From IMG/VR virus record IMGVR_UViG_3300038829_000010, positions 1-43,987 of that record: a stretch of 43,987 nt of DNA; one strand, given 5' to 3'. The notes beneath the pieces were generated by a model that was not told where the DNA came from, ran no database searches, and saw only the letters and a list, made by a program, of their open reading frames with translations. The translations under genes and the position numbers were made by a program. Of this stretch, positions 1 to 7,499 are shown one piece after another (position 1 is the stretch's first letter; the number at the start of each line of letters is the position of its first letter). Origin of the DNA: a virus (taxonomy: Duplodnaviria > Caudoviricetes).

Positions 1-22
1 GGTAATTATCCCTTGACAACAT
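1..22 (+). repeat. IS terminal inverted repeat (downstream of the transposase)
   Basis: GGTAATTATCCCTTGACAACAT is the exact reverse complement of 1322-1343. Confidence 0.95.
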
Positions 23-867
23 TATGCGATTCTCCGAAGAAGCGTCTCCATCAACGGCTCAACATCGTCCCGGTGCGAGTAGCGGAAGCAGAACTCGTCC
101 AGGTAGGTCTGTAGATGCTTGGGGCTGACCTGATGATAGGTGCCGTTGACGGACCGCTTGAACTGCGACCAGAAGCCGTCGATGGTCTGCGTGTGGGCCG
201 CTCCGCGCACATACTGACCCGCCGAGTGCTTGACGCGCTCGTGGATGAAGCCCATCGCTTCGGCCTTGTTGTAGAGGCCGCTTTCGTCGGTCGAGAGCAT
301 GGACCCGTGGGCGGCAAAGCCCGCCAGGAGCGGCAGGATGATGGCCGAGCGGGCCTTCGACAACACCTTGGCGCGGATGCGCCCGCCGCGCTCCACCACA
401 CCGAACACGGGCGTCTTGCCGTCGGCCCCGAGCCCGCGCTTTCCGTGCCGCTTGCCGCCGATGTAGGACTCGTCGGCCTCCAACACGCCCGCCAAGAGCC
501 CTTCGTCCTGGGCCATGAGCAAGCGGATTTGTCGGGCCATACGCCACGCGCACTTGTAAGTCACGCCCAACTGGCGCGTCAACTCCATCGCGCTCACGCC
601 GTTCTTCGCCGTGGCGAACAGGAACAGCGCGTGGAACCACAGCGTCAACGGCGTCGGGCTCTTGTGGAAGATAGTCCCGGCGCAGGGCGAGAAGAACGCG
701 CCACAGGCGCACTCGTAGGCCCGCCACCTCCCGACGGGATGGAAGGAGTCTGGCTTCTGGCACTTCGCGCACTTGCTCCCCTTGGGGAAGCGCAGGGCGA
801 AGATGTAGGCGAGACAGGATTCCTCCGTCGGGAACTGCGCCTTGAATGTCTTGATGGTGTATTTCAC
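22..867 (-). CDS. IS1595-family (ISXO2-like) DDE transposase
   Basis: N-terminal Zn ribbon (CAKC...CAC), HTH region (KNGVSAMELTRQLGVTYKCAW), and motifs EADESYIGG, LSTDE, HTQTIDGFWSQFKR and HLQTYLDEFCFRY. The GTG start overlaps the upstream stop (GTGA). Confidence 0.95.
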   Translation of the reverse strand: MKYTIKTFKAQFPTEESCLAYIFALRFPKGSKCAKCQKPDSFHPVGRWRAYECACGAFFSPCAGTIFHKSPTPLTLWFHALFLFATAKNGVSAMELTRQLGVTYKCAWRMARQIRLLMAQDEGLLAGVLEADESYIGGKRHGKRGLGADGKTPVFGVVERGGRIRAKVLSKARSAIILPLLAGFAAHGSMLSTDESGLYNKAEAMGFIHERVKHSAGQYVRGAAHTQTIDGFWSQFKRSVNGTYHQVSPKHLQTYLDEFCFRYSHRDDVEPLMETLLRRIA

Positions 868-1082
868 CTAGGCGGCTCCCATTCCAGAGCAATACCATCA
901 GCGGTATCCGTGCGCTTGTTCCACGCCGCTATATCAGCGGCGGGGCCAGTCGCGCCGCAACATTCAGAGCCGCCTGGATACTGGACCCTGGACATACACA
1001 CGACCCGAGGGACAAGTGATTTGGTGTCGATTCTAAGATTCTTCCCTCCACAGAAGGGACACGACTTAAAAATTGTTTTCAT
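864..1082 (-). CDS. Lar (restriction alleviation)-like Zn-ribbon protein, IS passenger
   Basis: KSCPFCGG...CCGATGP...IAAWNKR pattern, with GGAGG RBS before ATG 1082. Confidence 0.7.
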   Translation of the reverse strand: MKTIFKSCPFCGGKNLRIDTKSLVPRVVCMSRVQYPGGSECCGATGPAADIAAWNKRTDTADGIALEWEPPR

Positions 1083-1083
1083 G

Positions 1084-1296
1084 TTATCCTCCAAGGTCGG
1101 TGTTCATCTCTCGGCATATGCGCTTCGCTTCCTTCTTGGTGTCGCATGTGCGGCGTATACCGCCGTCTCTTTCCTTTCCCTCGTTCTCGATAATCTCGAC
1201 GGCGCGAATATCCCATTTCCGCATATTGGTCCGCGACGGCGAGGTGTAATACCTGATGACCTTCAGCAGATTTCCAACATCAATTTTGTTTTCCAT
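1084..1296 (-). CDS. Hypothetical protein, IS passenger
   Basis: ORF inside the IS ends. The ATG lies 6 nt after a consensus -10 box. Confidence 0.6.
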   Translation of the reverse strand: MENKIDVGNLLKVIRYYTSPSRTNMRKWDIRAVEIIENEGKERDGGIRRTCDTKKEAKRICREMNTDLGG

Positions 1297-1302
1297 AGTC
1301 AT

Positions 1303-1331
1303 AGTATAGCAGAGGTGCTTTATGTTGTCAA
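1303..1331 (-). promoter_or_regulatory. sigma70 promoter with -35 inside the IS inverted repeat; leaderless
   Basis: TTGACA-N17-TATACT-N6-ATG(1296). Confidence 0.8.
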
Positions 1332-1343
1332 GGGATAATTACC
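1322..1343 (-). repeat. IS terminal inverted repeat (upstream end)
   Basis: ATGTTGTCAAGGGATAATTACC. Confidence 0.95.
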
Positions 1344-1404
1344 TTTCCGAATTGACGGATGGCCTTGTATGCCGTCGCAATGCCAAAGATCGCACATACA
1401 AATA
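1344..1404 (+). repeat. 61 bp direct repeat, copy 1 (putative target-site duplication)
   Basis: Identical to 43801-43861. Each copy directly abuts an IS inverted repeat. Confidence 0.92.
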
Positions 1405-1415
1405 TTCTTCTTCAT
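1344..1415 (-). pseudogene. 5' part of a small ORF (MKKNICMCDLWHC...) interrupted by the IS
   Basis: Removing the IS and one repeat copy joins this to 43800-43774 and restores MKKNICMCDLWHCDGIQGHPSIRKSRRKRSTK*, with ATGA overlaps at both ends. Confidence 0.6.
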
Positions 1416-1687
1416 GTCGTCCCCTTCCTCTTGCGCTTCTCGATTTGTCCACGCAGTAGCGCGATTGAACGACGAACCTCTGGTTGTTCTTTGTACAGCG
1501 GCTTCCTCTTGCGCTTGGGCTCGGTGATCGTAGCGGCGTCGTACTGGCGAACCATCATCCTCAGAATGGCGGCACAAAGTTTCATTGTGATCCAGTGCCC
1601 GGCGTTCGCGGCATTATCCGTTTCTCTAAGCAGCCATCGTTCATAGCTGATATCCTCCCCCAGCACCACGCGCTTGACCTTGCTCAT
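1412..1687 (-). CDS. Hypothetical protein
   Basis: ATGA-coupled chain of small genes. Confidence 0.6.
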   Translation of the reverse strand: MSKVKRVVLGEDISYERWLLRETDNAANAGHWITMKLCAAILRMMVRQYDAATITEPKRKRKPLYKEQPEVRRSIALLRGQIEKRKRKGTT

Positions 1688-1866
1688 GGCGTCCCCGGCT
1701 GGGCGGGGGAGAGGGATCGGAGCGCACGTTCTTGCTCGTCGATTTTCGAGATTAGCGTACCGACCCATCCAGCAGATTCTTCTTCAAGACCGCGACGAGC
1801 GTCCCGCGTGTCCATCGTCAAGAGCTTGTAGTACCGATTCTTGATCCTTTCTATTTCGCTATCCAT
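1684..1866 (-). CDS. Hypothetical protein
   Basis: GGAGG RBS, coupled to neighbouring genes. Confidence 0.55.
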   Translation of the reverse strand: MDSEIERIKNRYYKLLTMDTRDARRGLEEESAGWVGTLISKIDEQERALRSLSPAQPGTP

Positions 1867-2176
1867 TTTTAACCTCCCTGACTGATCGGAGCCGGGCGAG
1901 AGCCTTGTCGATGGTGTTGCATTCAACGTCCGGCCATTGCCCTAGAATAAAGTCCTTGCTGTCTTGTAACGCCTTCTCCGCCTCATCTAGAGCCTCGCGC
2001 ATGGTGGAGAGGTCGGGGGTGCGGCGGTTCCAGGCGGCGATTGCCTCATGTTCGGCGTCTAGATAAGTCGTACACCCATCGCAGTTATTGCACATGATGG
2101 CGAACTCTCCGCAGACTAGCGATGATCTTGCTTCATCCTCACCGCAGAACGGGCACGGCTTCAATTCTTCGCTCAT
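1859..2176 (-). CDS. Lar (restriction alleviation)-like protein
   Basis: MSEELKPCPFCG...CNNC...EAIAAWNRR, the typical Lar-family pattern. Confidence 0.8.
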   Translation of the reverse strand: MSEELKPCPFCGEDEARSSLVCGEFAIMCNNCDGCTTYLDAEHEAIAAWNRRTPDLSTMREALDEAEKALQDSKDFILGQWPDVECNTIDKALARLRSVREVKNG

Positions 2177-2820
2177 TAGAAATCCTCCGGTTTGACATGG
2201 CCAGGAAACCCGACCTTCGCGCAAATGCCATCCACATGACGACAACCATCTCCATCGAACTTATCCGACGGCGGGGTGGGTGGGGCGGGCTCGGTCGTCA
2301 CGGTGTTATGCTGAGCGTCGTAGCAACCTATCGCGGTCTTGTGTGCCGGGTACACCCCACAAAAGCATCTGTCCTTGGCGGGCTCTTGAATTGAGGGGGA
2401 TGCGGGAAGTTTAGACCGGAGATGCTTCTCGTAGGCGTCCATCATGTCCGAGAACGCGCCTTCCTGCACATCCTTCTCGTAGTCGGTCTTTACGTCTTTG
2501 AGCCAGAGGTTGTAGTAAAGCCCCATGTACTCCATGACATCGCGCAAAGCCGCCACCTCACCATTCAACACCGTGATCCTTGCCTCTGCCGATAGCTTGG
2601 CGGAACGGTGGGCGGAGGATTCGGACGCGGCCCTCGAAACCAAGTATGCCGACTCCTTTCGGGCTTCGTCCCTCGCCTCCTGGTCGGCCTTGGATTGCTC
2701 TTGGAGGCGGGAGAGTTCGGAGCGAAGGGTTGTAATCACTCCATGACAGTCGCCAGCGGAGCAATCAATTCGAGCATTCTCATCCATCGCCTCATTCAAC
2801 TGCTCGTTCTCGGTCCTCAT
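2176..2820 (-). CDS. Hypothetical coiled-coil protein
   Basis: Long ORF with a heptad-like segment, coupled to the downstream gene. Confidence 0.6.
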   Translation of the reverse strand: MRTENEQLNEAMDENARIDCSAGDCHGVITTLRSELSRLQEQSKADQEARDEARKESAYLVSRAASESSAHRSAKLSAEARITVLNGEVAALRDVMEYMGLYYNLWLKDVKTDYEKDVQEGAFSDMMDAYEKHLRSKLPASPSIQEPAKDRCFCGVYPAHKTAIGCYDAQHNTVTTEPAPPTPPSDKFDGDGCRHVDGICAKVGFPGHVKPEDF

Positions 2821-2851
2821 TTCACTGGCCTCCCGCCGCCGAATCCCTTGC

Positions 2852-3031
2852 TCACGGTACAAGCCTTCGTTGCCTCATGATCTTGTCGATGGCTTGGCGG
2901 TAAGTAAGCTTATTCTCGGCATATAGAGTCTGCTTTATATTGAGAACGTAGTGAGTGCCGCGATTTGCATAAAGAGGCGTGGAGCTATCGAAAAGAAATT
3001 CAAGTCTCATCTTATCGGTGATTCGTTTCAT
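2852..3031 (-). CDS. Small hypothetical protein (59 aa, MKRITDKMRLEFL...RQAIDKIMR)
   Basis: Translated by hand; below the ORF-track cutoff. ATGA overlap with the upstream ORF. Confidence 0.55.
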   Translation of the reverse strand: MKRITDKMRLEFLFDSSTPLYANRGTHYVLNIKQTLYAENKLTYRQAIDKIMRQRRLVP

Positions 3032-3179
3032 TTTGGTCTAGCTCCCCCGAACCCCTTACGCGGTCTTTGGGCGTGGCAATCGGGACAAATTTTTGCAACT
3101 GGGTCGTTTATACTTACGATCTTACAAAAACAAATCCATCCCCAAAAATTTGCCCATCTCCCCGCCTTCAGCTTGCGCT

Positions 3180-3356
3180 TCATGGCTTGCCCGTCCCAGA
3201 AACCTCAATCACATACTGCCCATCCCGGAACTGTAATCGAACGTCCACGCTCGGCGTATCGCGTATGATTCCTGAACGGACAATATCGGCATGGTCCCAT
3301 GTGCCGCGCCGGTCGACTTCACGCCACACCTTCTCCTTAATTAACGTTGCTGTCAT
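3180..3356 (-). CDS. Small hypothetical protein (58 aa, MTATLIKEKVW...)
   Basis: Translated by hand. GAGGA RBS and ATGA overlaps at both ends. Confidence 0.55.
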   Translation of the reverse strand: MTATLIKEKVWREVDRRGTWDHADIVRSGIIRDTPSVDVRLQFRDGQYVIEVSGTGKP

Positions 3357-3703
3357 TTGATCCTCTTAATAACATAATCCAAATTCCGCAACGCGCTTAG
3401 GTACGGCCCGTCTACCATGGCCACGAACCCGGCTCCCGGGAACCGCTTGCGCAGTACCTTATTAACCTCAGTGGCCCATTTCGCTATGTACTTCGGCGAA
3501 CGGTTGCGTAGGTCGAAGTCGTAAGGGTCTATCACATCGCTGGGGTTAAGCACGCCATGTTTACCGGATAAGATAATCCATTTATCGCAGTGCATTGTCG
3601 CGTAGAACACGGACTTATAGAAACTCGGCTCGGCGTACAGTAGGCCGGCCGGCATTCTCGTTGAGCGTTTCTTCTTGCAACACGACACTATTCCTATGAG
3701 CAT
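3353..3703 (-). CDS. DUF6884-like protein (paralog 1)
   Basis: IVSCCKKK...LYA...WIILSGKHGVL...IDPYD pattern, shared with 39979-40605. Confidence 0.65.
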   Translation of the reverse strand: MLIGIVSCCKKKRSTRMPAGLLYAEPSFYKSVFYATMHCDKWIILSGKHGVLNPSDVIDPYDFDLRNRSPKYIAKWATEVNKVLRKRFPGAGFVAMVDGPYLSALRNLDYVIKRIK

Positions 3704-3755
3704 ATTTTCGTTACATCCCTGTAACATATTCGTCATGGCAGGAACCCCATACACC

Positions 3756-3764
3756 TGTTATACT
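3756..3764 (+). promoter_or_regulatory. Extended -10 promoter for the only plus-strand gene
   Basis: TGTTATACT, followed by a GGAGG RBS and ATG 3789. Confidence 0.5.
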
Positions 3765-3788
3765 ACATATACAGTACATGGAGGTACT

Positions 3789-4058
3789 ATGAAAATGGTA
3801 AACGTTGGAATTGGGATGATCATTAAGGAAGCGAACGTGTTGGAGAAAGCCGCACATGAGTTGCGTGAACTCGTCGAGAAGGTGAACGGCCACGGTAAGA
3901 GCCCGGCTCGTATGGCGCGCCTGCTCACCGCCCACCCCATGCGTACTAAGGAACTGGCGAAGAAGCTGGGGCTCGCAAAGGTGACGGTGTACACCATCGG
4001 CCGCAAGAACCGCAACCGCTTCAGCCTTCATAAAGGCGAGTGGAGCGTCAAGCACTAA
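3789..4058 (+). CDS. Putative HTH DNA-binding protein
   Basis: Good RBS; MRTKELAKKLGLAKVTVYTI is HTH-like. Confidence 0.6.
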   Translation: MKMVNVGIGMIIKEANVLEKAAHELRELVEKVNGHGKSPARMARLLTAHPMRTKELAKKLGLAKVTVYTIGRKNRNRFSLHKGEWSVKH

Positions 4059-4071
4059 GCGGCTAGGCAAC

Positions 4072-4104
4072 GGGGGCCGTGGCATTTGGACGACCACGGC
4101 CCCC
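4072..4104. terminator. GC-rich hairpin between convergent genes
   Basis: GGGGGCCGTGG-N11-CCACGGCCCCC. There is no U-tract, so terminator function is uncertain. Confidence 0.5.
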
Positions 4105-4114
4105 AGACGGGAAT

Positions 4115-4270
4115 TCATCCGCGCAGGCGTTGGACAAAGACGTAACCGGCGAACACGCCGATGATACCCACCACACCGGCCAGAACGGGCGGTGCGGGGA
4201 TGGGTAGGCCGGCCAGGCTAAACACCACACCGCAAGCCGCACCAGCGGCGAGGGACTTAACGAGTTCCAT
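4115..4270 (-). CDS. XapX/DUF1427-like small membrane protein
   Basis: SLAAG..CGVVFS...LPIPAPPVLAGVVGIIG..GY signature; TAATG overlap with the upstream gene. Confidence 0.8.
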   Translation of the reverse strand: MELVKSLAAGAACGVVFSLAGLPIPAPPVLAGVVGIIGVFAGYVFVQRLRG

Positions 4271-4446
4271 TAGGCGACGACCGGGGCAGGGGCAAGGCCG
4301 GCGGTGATAACGCACGAACCTTGTTTGCGCGTCTTGTCCTTCGGCGTACAGGCTTTATGTTTACGGCCCACGTGCGCCGGAAGAACAGCCATTGATTTAA
4401 GACAAGAGGAACCATGCGCCTTTAGTCCTGACGGGTTTGTAGCCAT
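4270..4446 (-). CDS. Small basic hypothetical protein (58 aa)
   Basis: AAGGAG RBS before ATG 4446; stop overlaps the XapX start. Confidence 0.65.
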   Translation of the reverse strand: MATNPSGLKAHGSSCLKSMAVLPAHVGRKHKACTPKDKTRKQGSCVITAGLAPAPVVA

Positions 4447-4464
4447 TGTGATCTCCTTTAAATT

Positions 4465-4985
4465 GTACGGCATGAACCTTGGTACGTGAGTACCATCTAA
4501 TCACCTGCGGACCGCCCGCACCTTGCTTCGGCTGGTTCAGCCGTTTACTACTGCCACGCCTCCCGGTATTATATGCCCCGGTCAGCGGCATGCTTGTTCC
4601 TGCGTGGCCATCGGTCCTACTAGAGGACCTAGATCATCACGTTGCACAAGGGCTCTCGGGCTTGAACCGAGTCTCACCATATCCCTTGCGATGTCGTACA
4701 TTGAAGTACGTCGTAGCGCGGTTGCCCTATCGCCCACCATGCCGGTCGCTCCCGGCCACTGTGTTCTGCTTGGATGGTCTTGTTGATGTTTCCGCCCACC
4801 TAACCGTTCGACACCGAAGCACTTACTAGGTGTCGGGTCTGTTCCTATTGTCCAACCATCTCCGGCATATCAAATTCTGCCTGGCGCCATGATGGTCGGC
4901 GGCACGGCCCAGGCTGATGCGCAATAAGAACTCCCGACCAAATTGTGCGAGGCGCCCGGTAGTGCCGCACAGGCGCCTCGGCTTG
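4465..4985 (-). ncRNA. Candidate large structured non-coding RNA
   Basis: A ~520 nt gap without a credible gene, containing more than 10 stems, a tRNA-like T-arm and a possible pseudoknot (see findings). Confidence 0.55.
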
Positions 4986-4988
4986 TGC

Positions 4989-5222
4989 TTAGGCGGCGAC
5001 GGCTTCCTTCTTGGCCTTCTTCGCCTTCTTGACCTTCACCGGCTTCTCGGCGGCGCGGCTGGGGCGCTTGGTGATGACCTCGAAGCCCTTGGCACCGAGC
5101 TCGGCGATGATCTGCTTCTGCGTTCCGGTCAACCAAATGCGGCCCTGGAGCCCGTCAGCCTGGTTCGAAGAACCGAACGTCACCTTCGTGTACACCGTGT
5201 CCTTATCCATTTTGTCCTCCAC
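4989..5222 (-). CDS. Small protein with Lys/Ala-rich (histone H1-like) C-terminal tail
   Basis: KPVKVKKAKKAKKEAVAA tail, directly behind a strong promoter. The true start may be the ATG after the GGAGG RBS. Confidence 0.7.
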   Translation of the reverse strand: MEDKMDKDTVYTKVTFGSSNQADGLQGRIWLTGTQKQIIAELGAKGFEVITKRPSRAAEKPVKVKKAKKAKKEAVAA

Positions 5223-5248
5223 GTTTTAACTTCGTAACGTCTTACATA

Positions 5249-5278
5249 AGTATACAAGACATATCCTCTATATGTCAA
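5249..5278 (-). promoter_or_regulatory. sigma70 promoter
   Basis: TTGACA-N18-TATACT. Confidence 0.7.
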
Positions 5279-5318
5279 GACTTCTTTTCATCGTCGAAAA
5301 AATAGCTCTTGACAAGAC

Positions 5319-5972
5319 CTAGAGAGTTACCTCGTATTTCGTGGGGTCCAGAATACCAAGTGCTTCCTTACGTTCCACGCAGGTGCCACACTTCCCACAG
5401 TGGAGCGCGCCGCCCTTGTAGCAGGACCAAGTGCTTTCGAACGGCACGCCGAGTTCGTAACCAAGCATGGCGATGTCCGTCTTTGTCATCTGGATGAAAG
5501 GACGCTCCAGCTTAACTTCCCGCCAGTCAGCCAGCTTGATCGCATGTTCCAATGCGTCGGCGAACTCCGGCCGGCAGTCGGGATAGATTGCATGGTCGCC
5601 CGCATGGGCGGCATAGGCAACCGAACCGGCGCCGATCGACATGGCGTAACCCGCCGCAACTGCTAACATGATCATGTTCCTGTTAGGAACCACCGTGGCC
5701 TTCATTGACTCCTCGGCGTAGTGACCCTCCGGCACCGGCACCGTGTCGTCCGTCTGGGAACTCCCGGCCAGTAACGGGCGCAGGGCGGACAGGTCGGCGA
5801 CGGTGAACGAGATGCCGAGCGCCGCGCAGATGTGTTCAGCGTGAACGAGTTCTGTCTTATGCTTCTGCCCGTAGTTCACGCCCATGCACGCGACCTCGCG
5901 GCCTTCGGCGCGGAGTTTGTACAGGGCGACGGTGCTGTCCATGCCGCCTGAGTAGATCAATAGAGTTTTCAT
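5319..5972 (-). CDS. queC: 7-cyano-7-deazaguanine (preQ0) synthase
   Basis: [32 protein letters not shown] and CGKCGTC motifs. Confidence 0.96.
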   Translation of the reverse strand: MKTLLIYSGGMDSTVALYKLRAEGREVACMGVNYGQKHKTELVHAEHICAALGISFTVADLSALRPLLAGSSQTDDTVPVPEGHYAEESMKATVVPNRNMIMLAVAAGYAMSIGAGSVAYAAHAGDHAIYPDCRPEFADALEHAIKLADWREVKLERPFIQMTKTDIAMLGYELGVPFESTWSCYKGGALHCGKCGTCVERKEALGILDPTKYEVTL

Positions 5973-6334
5973 TATGTCTCCTTATGATGTTTTGCTACTG
6001 ATATACATGCTTTAATGAAACTATCTTGATCAAGCTTTCCTTTCATAAAGTTATGTATTTTACAACACGAGACCACATTTTTTATTGTATAACCGAATTT
6101 ATTATTGACTCGATCAAGTCCAATAGTATCGATTTTAATTCCGCAATAATAACAAGGTCTTTGCCAGAAATCTAAAAATTGTTTAAATGATAATGTAAAA
6201 CTTTTTGAATGCACATTTGCATTAGTTTTATACATCCAAAACTTTCCATTTTTAGAATTTCGATATTTCTTTTCGATTTCTTTTGACCTCCCAATCTTTC
6301 GATAATAAATTGAATACTCTCTAGACGTTTTCAT
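5972..6334 (-). CDS. HNH endonuclease (putative free-standing homing endonuclease)
   Basis: CYYCG...GLDRVNN..GY...NVVSCC..HN.MKG. Markedly AT-rich relative to its flanks. Confidence 0.85.
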   Translation of the reverse strand: MKTSREYSIYYRKIGRSKEIEKKYRNSKNGKFWMYKTNANVHSKSFTLSFKQFLDFWQRPCYYCGIKIDTIGLDRVNNKFGYTIKNVVSCCKIHNFMKGKLDQDSFIKACISVAKHHKET

Positions 6335-6900
6335 TTCATTCGGGCGATGTCCATGAACTCTTGTCTGGTTGAAGGCTGTTCCAGAAACACACCTTTCAAG
6401 CAGGTCGTAACCGTTTCCACGCCACCCTTACGCACACCGCGCATCTCCTGGCACATGTGCCGGGCGCGAAGCATCACGGCCACACCGCGCGGTTCAAGCG
6501 CGTTCTGTAGCTTGTTTGCGATCTGCATCGTCATCCGTTCTTGGACCTGGAGTGAGCGGGCATAATGGTCAACCGTGCGACACAGCTTGGAGATTCCGAC
6601 AATACGCTTGCTTGGAATGTACGCTACCACCGCGGTGCCAAAGAACGGTGCGAGGTGATGTTCGCATAGGGAGTAGAACGGGATGCCGACTTCAACGACC
6701 ATTTCGTCCGTTCCTTCGTTTGCGAACGTGGTCATGGTGAACTCGTGGCCGCGCGTGAGCTCGTAGAACATCTTCGCCCATCGCTTCGGGGTTTCCTTGA
6801 GTCCTTCGCGGTCGAGGTTATCCACCACCTCAAGCGCATCGCTCATTGCCGCTGAGAGCTTATAGATATCGCTTTCCTCTTTCGTCTGATGTACTAACAT
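6331..6900 (-). CDS. folE: GTP cyclohydrolase I
   Basis: GLKETPKRWA, SLCEHHLAPFFG, GISKL, LQVQERMT and HMCQEMRGV motifs. Confidence 0.96.
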   Translation of the reverse strand: MLVHQTKEESDIYKLSAAMSDALEVVDNLDREGLKETPKRWAKMFYELTRGHEFTMTTFANEGTDEMVVEVGIPFYSLCEHHLAPFFGTAVVAYIPSKRIVGISKLCRTVDHYARSLQVQERMTMQIANKLQNALEPRGVAVMLRARHMCQEMRGVRKGGVETVTTCLKGVFLEQPSTRQEFMDIARMK

Positions 6901-7499
6901 TATCGGACCCCCCAAAATTTATGCTGCTGTAAACTGAGACTCCACATCGGGTTCGCCTTAACGAGCTCGATGCAATGCTCAAGTGAAGCGCGGTCGAGAA
7001 CGTCACCGCGGAACTGCGGGCTAAGGTAGCGGTGAATCGCGGCAACCTTCGGCTCAGGAATCGCCTGGCCAGGGTGTCGCACGTACCGCAATTCACTTAC
7101 CCCTAGCGGGAAGTTCTTTGCTACCACATGCTCGGCGACCTTCGGTGAACAGGATATCCAATCGACCGAAGCCTTGAGCGGGTTATTGCCGTTCGTTTCA
7201 ATGGCGGTATAGATGTCCATTGAGCGGAGCGCGGTCGCTAGGTCCTCGTCGTATTGAATCGACGGCTCCCCGCCGCTTAGGATAACCGAGCAACTGGCCG
7301 GCCCGTTGTGCGGCATTAAGCGCAGGGCCTCGGTCACAATCTCCTGAGCCGTCATGAACCGCCCGGACTCAAACTCCGTGTCGCAGAACCCGCACGTGAG
7401 GTCGCACCCGGCAAACCGCACGAACACGTTGGCCGAACCGGCGCGAGCGCCTTCGCCTTGTACGCTATAGAAGATTTCGTTAATCTTGTAGGCTTTCAT
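6900..7499 (-). CDS. queE: 7-carboxy-7-deazaguanine synthase (radical SAM)
   Basis: EIFYSVQGEG, FVRFAGCDLTCGFCDT, SGGEP, IETNG, SPK and LQQHK motifs. Confidence 0.95.
   Translation of the reverse strand: MKAYKINEIFYSVQGEGARAGSANVFVRFAGCDLTCGFCDTEFESGRFMTAQEIVTEALRLMPHNGPASCSVILSGGEPSIQYDEDLATALRSMDIYTAIETNGNNPLKASVDWISCSPKVAEHVVAKNFPLGVSELRYVRHPGQAIPEPKVAAIHRYLSPQFRGDVLDRASLEHCIELVKANPMWSLSLQQHKFWGVR

Larger units (their letters stand above)
1..1343 (-). mobile_element. IS1595-family insertion sequence carrying two passenger genes
   Basis: Perfect 22 bp terminal inverted repeats (GGTAATTATCCCTTGACAACAT at 1-22, reverse complement at 1322-1343) enclose an IS1595-type transposase and two small ORFs. 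The element is flanked by a 61 bp direct repeat. Confidence 0.92.

Noticed and set aside
115-1338. 407 aa plus-strand ORF, and other long antisense ORFs such as 28622-29800 and 23870-24691
   Set aside because: They are shadows of GC-rich minus-strand genes that have clear motifs, and show no recognisable domains of their own.
1344-1404. attL/attR core of an integrated prophage
   Set aside because: There is no integrase, the repeat is not tRNA-like, it lies inside a phage ORF and it abuts the IS ends exactly.
2820-3060. Similar KGFGG.RP.K-coding ends near 2820-2850 and 3030-3060
   Set aside because: The similarity is short and imperfect. It could be a recombination scar but cannot be supported.
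4646-4689. tRNA gene suggested by the GTTCAAGCC T-loop
   Set aside because: Only 11 nt lie between the 5' stem and the T-arm, so there is no room for D and anticodon arms. Kept as part of the ncRNA candidate.
4465-4985. tmRNA, RNase P RNA, or group I/II intron
   Set aside because: I could not find their conserved terminal or catalytic motifs, and no gene is interrupted. A covariance-model search is needed to exclude them fully.
4989-5010. SsrA-like C-terminal degron (EAVAA, also at the end of the tail chaperone)
   Set aside because: The motif is too short to separate from chance in Ala-rich proteins.
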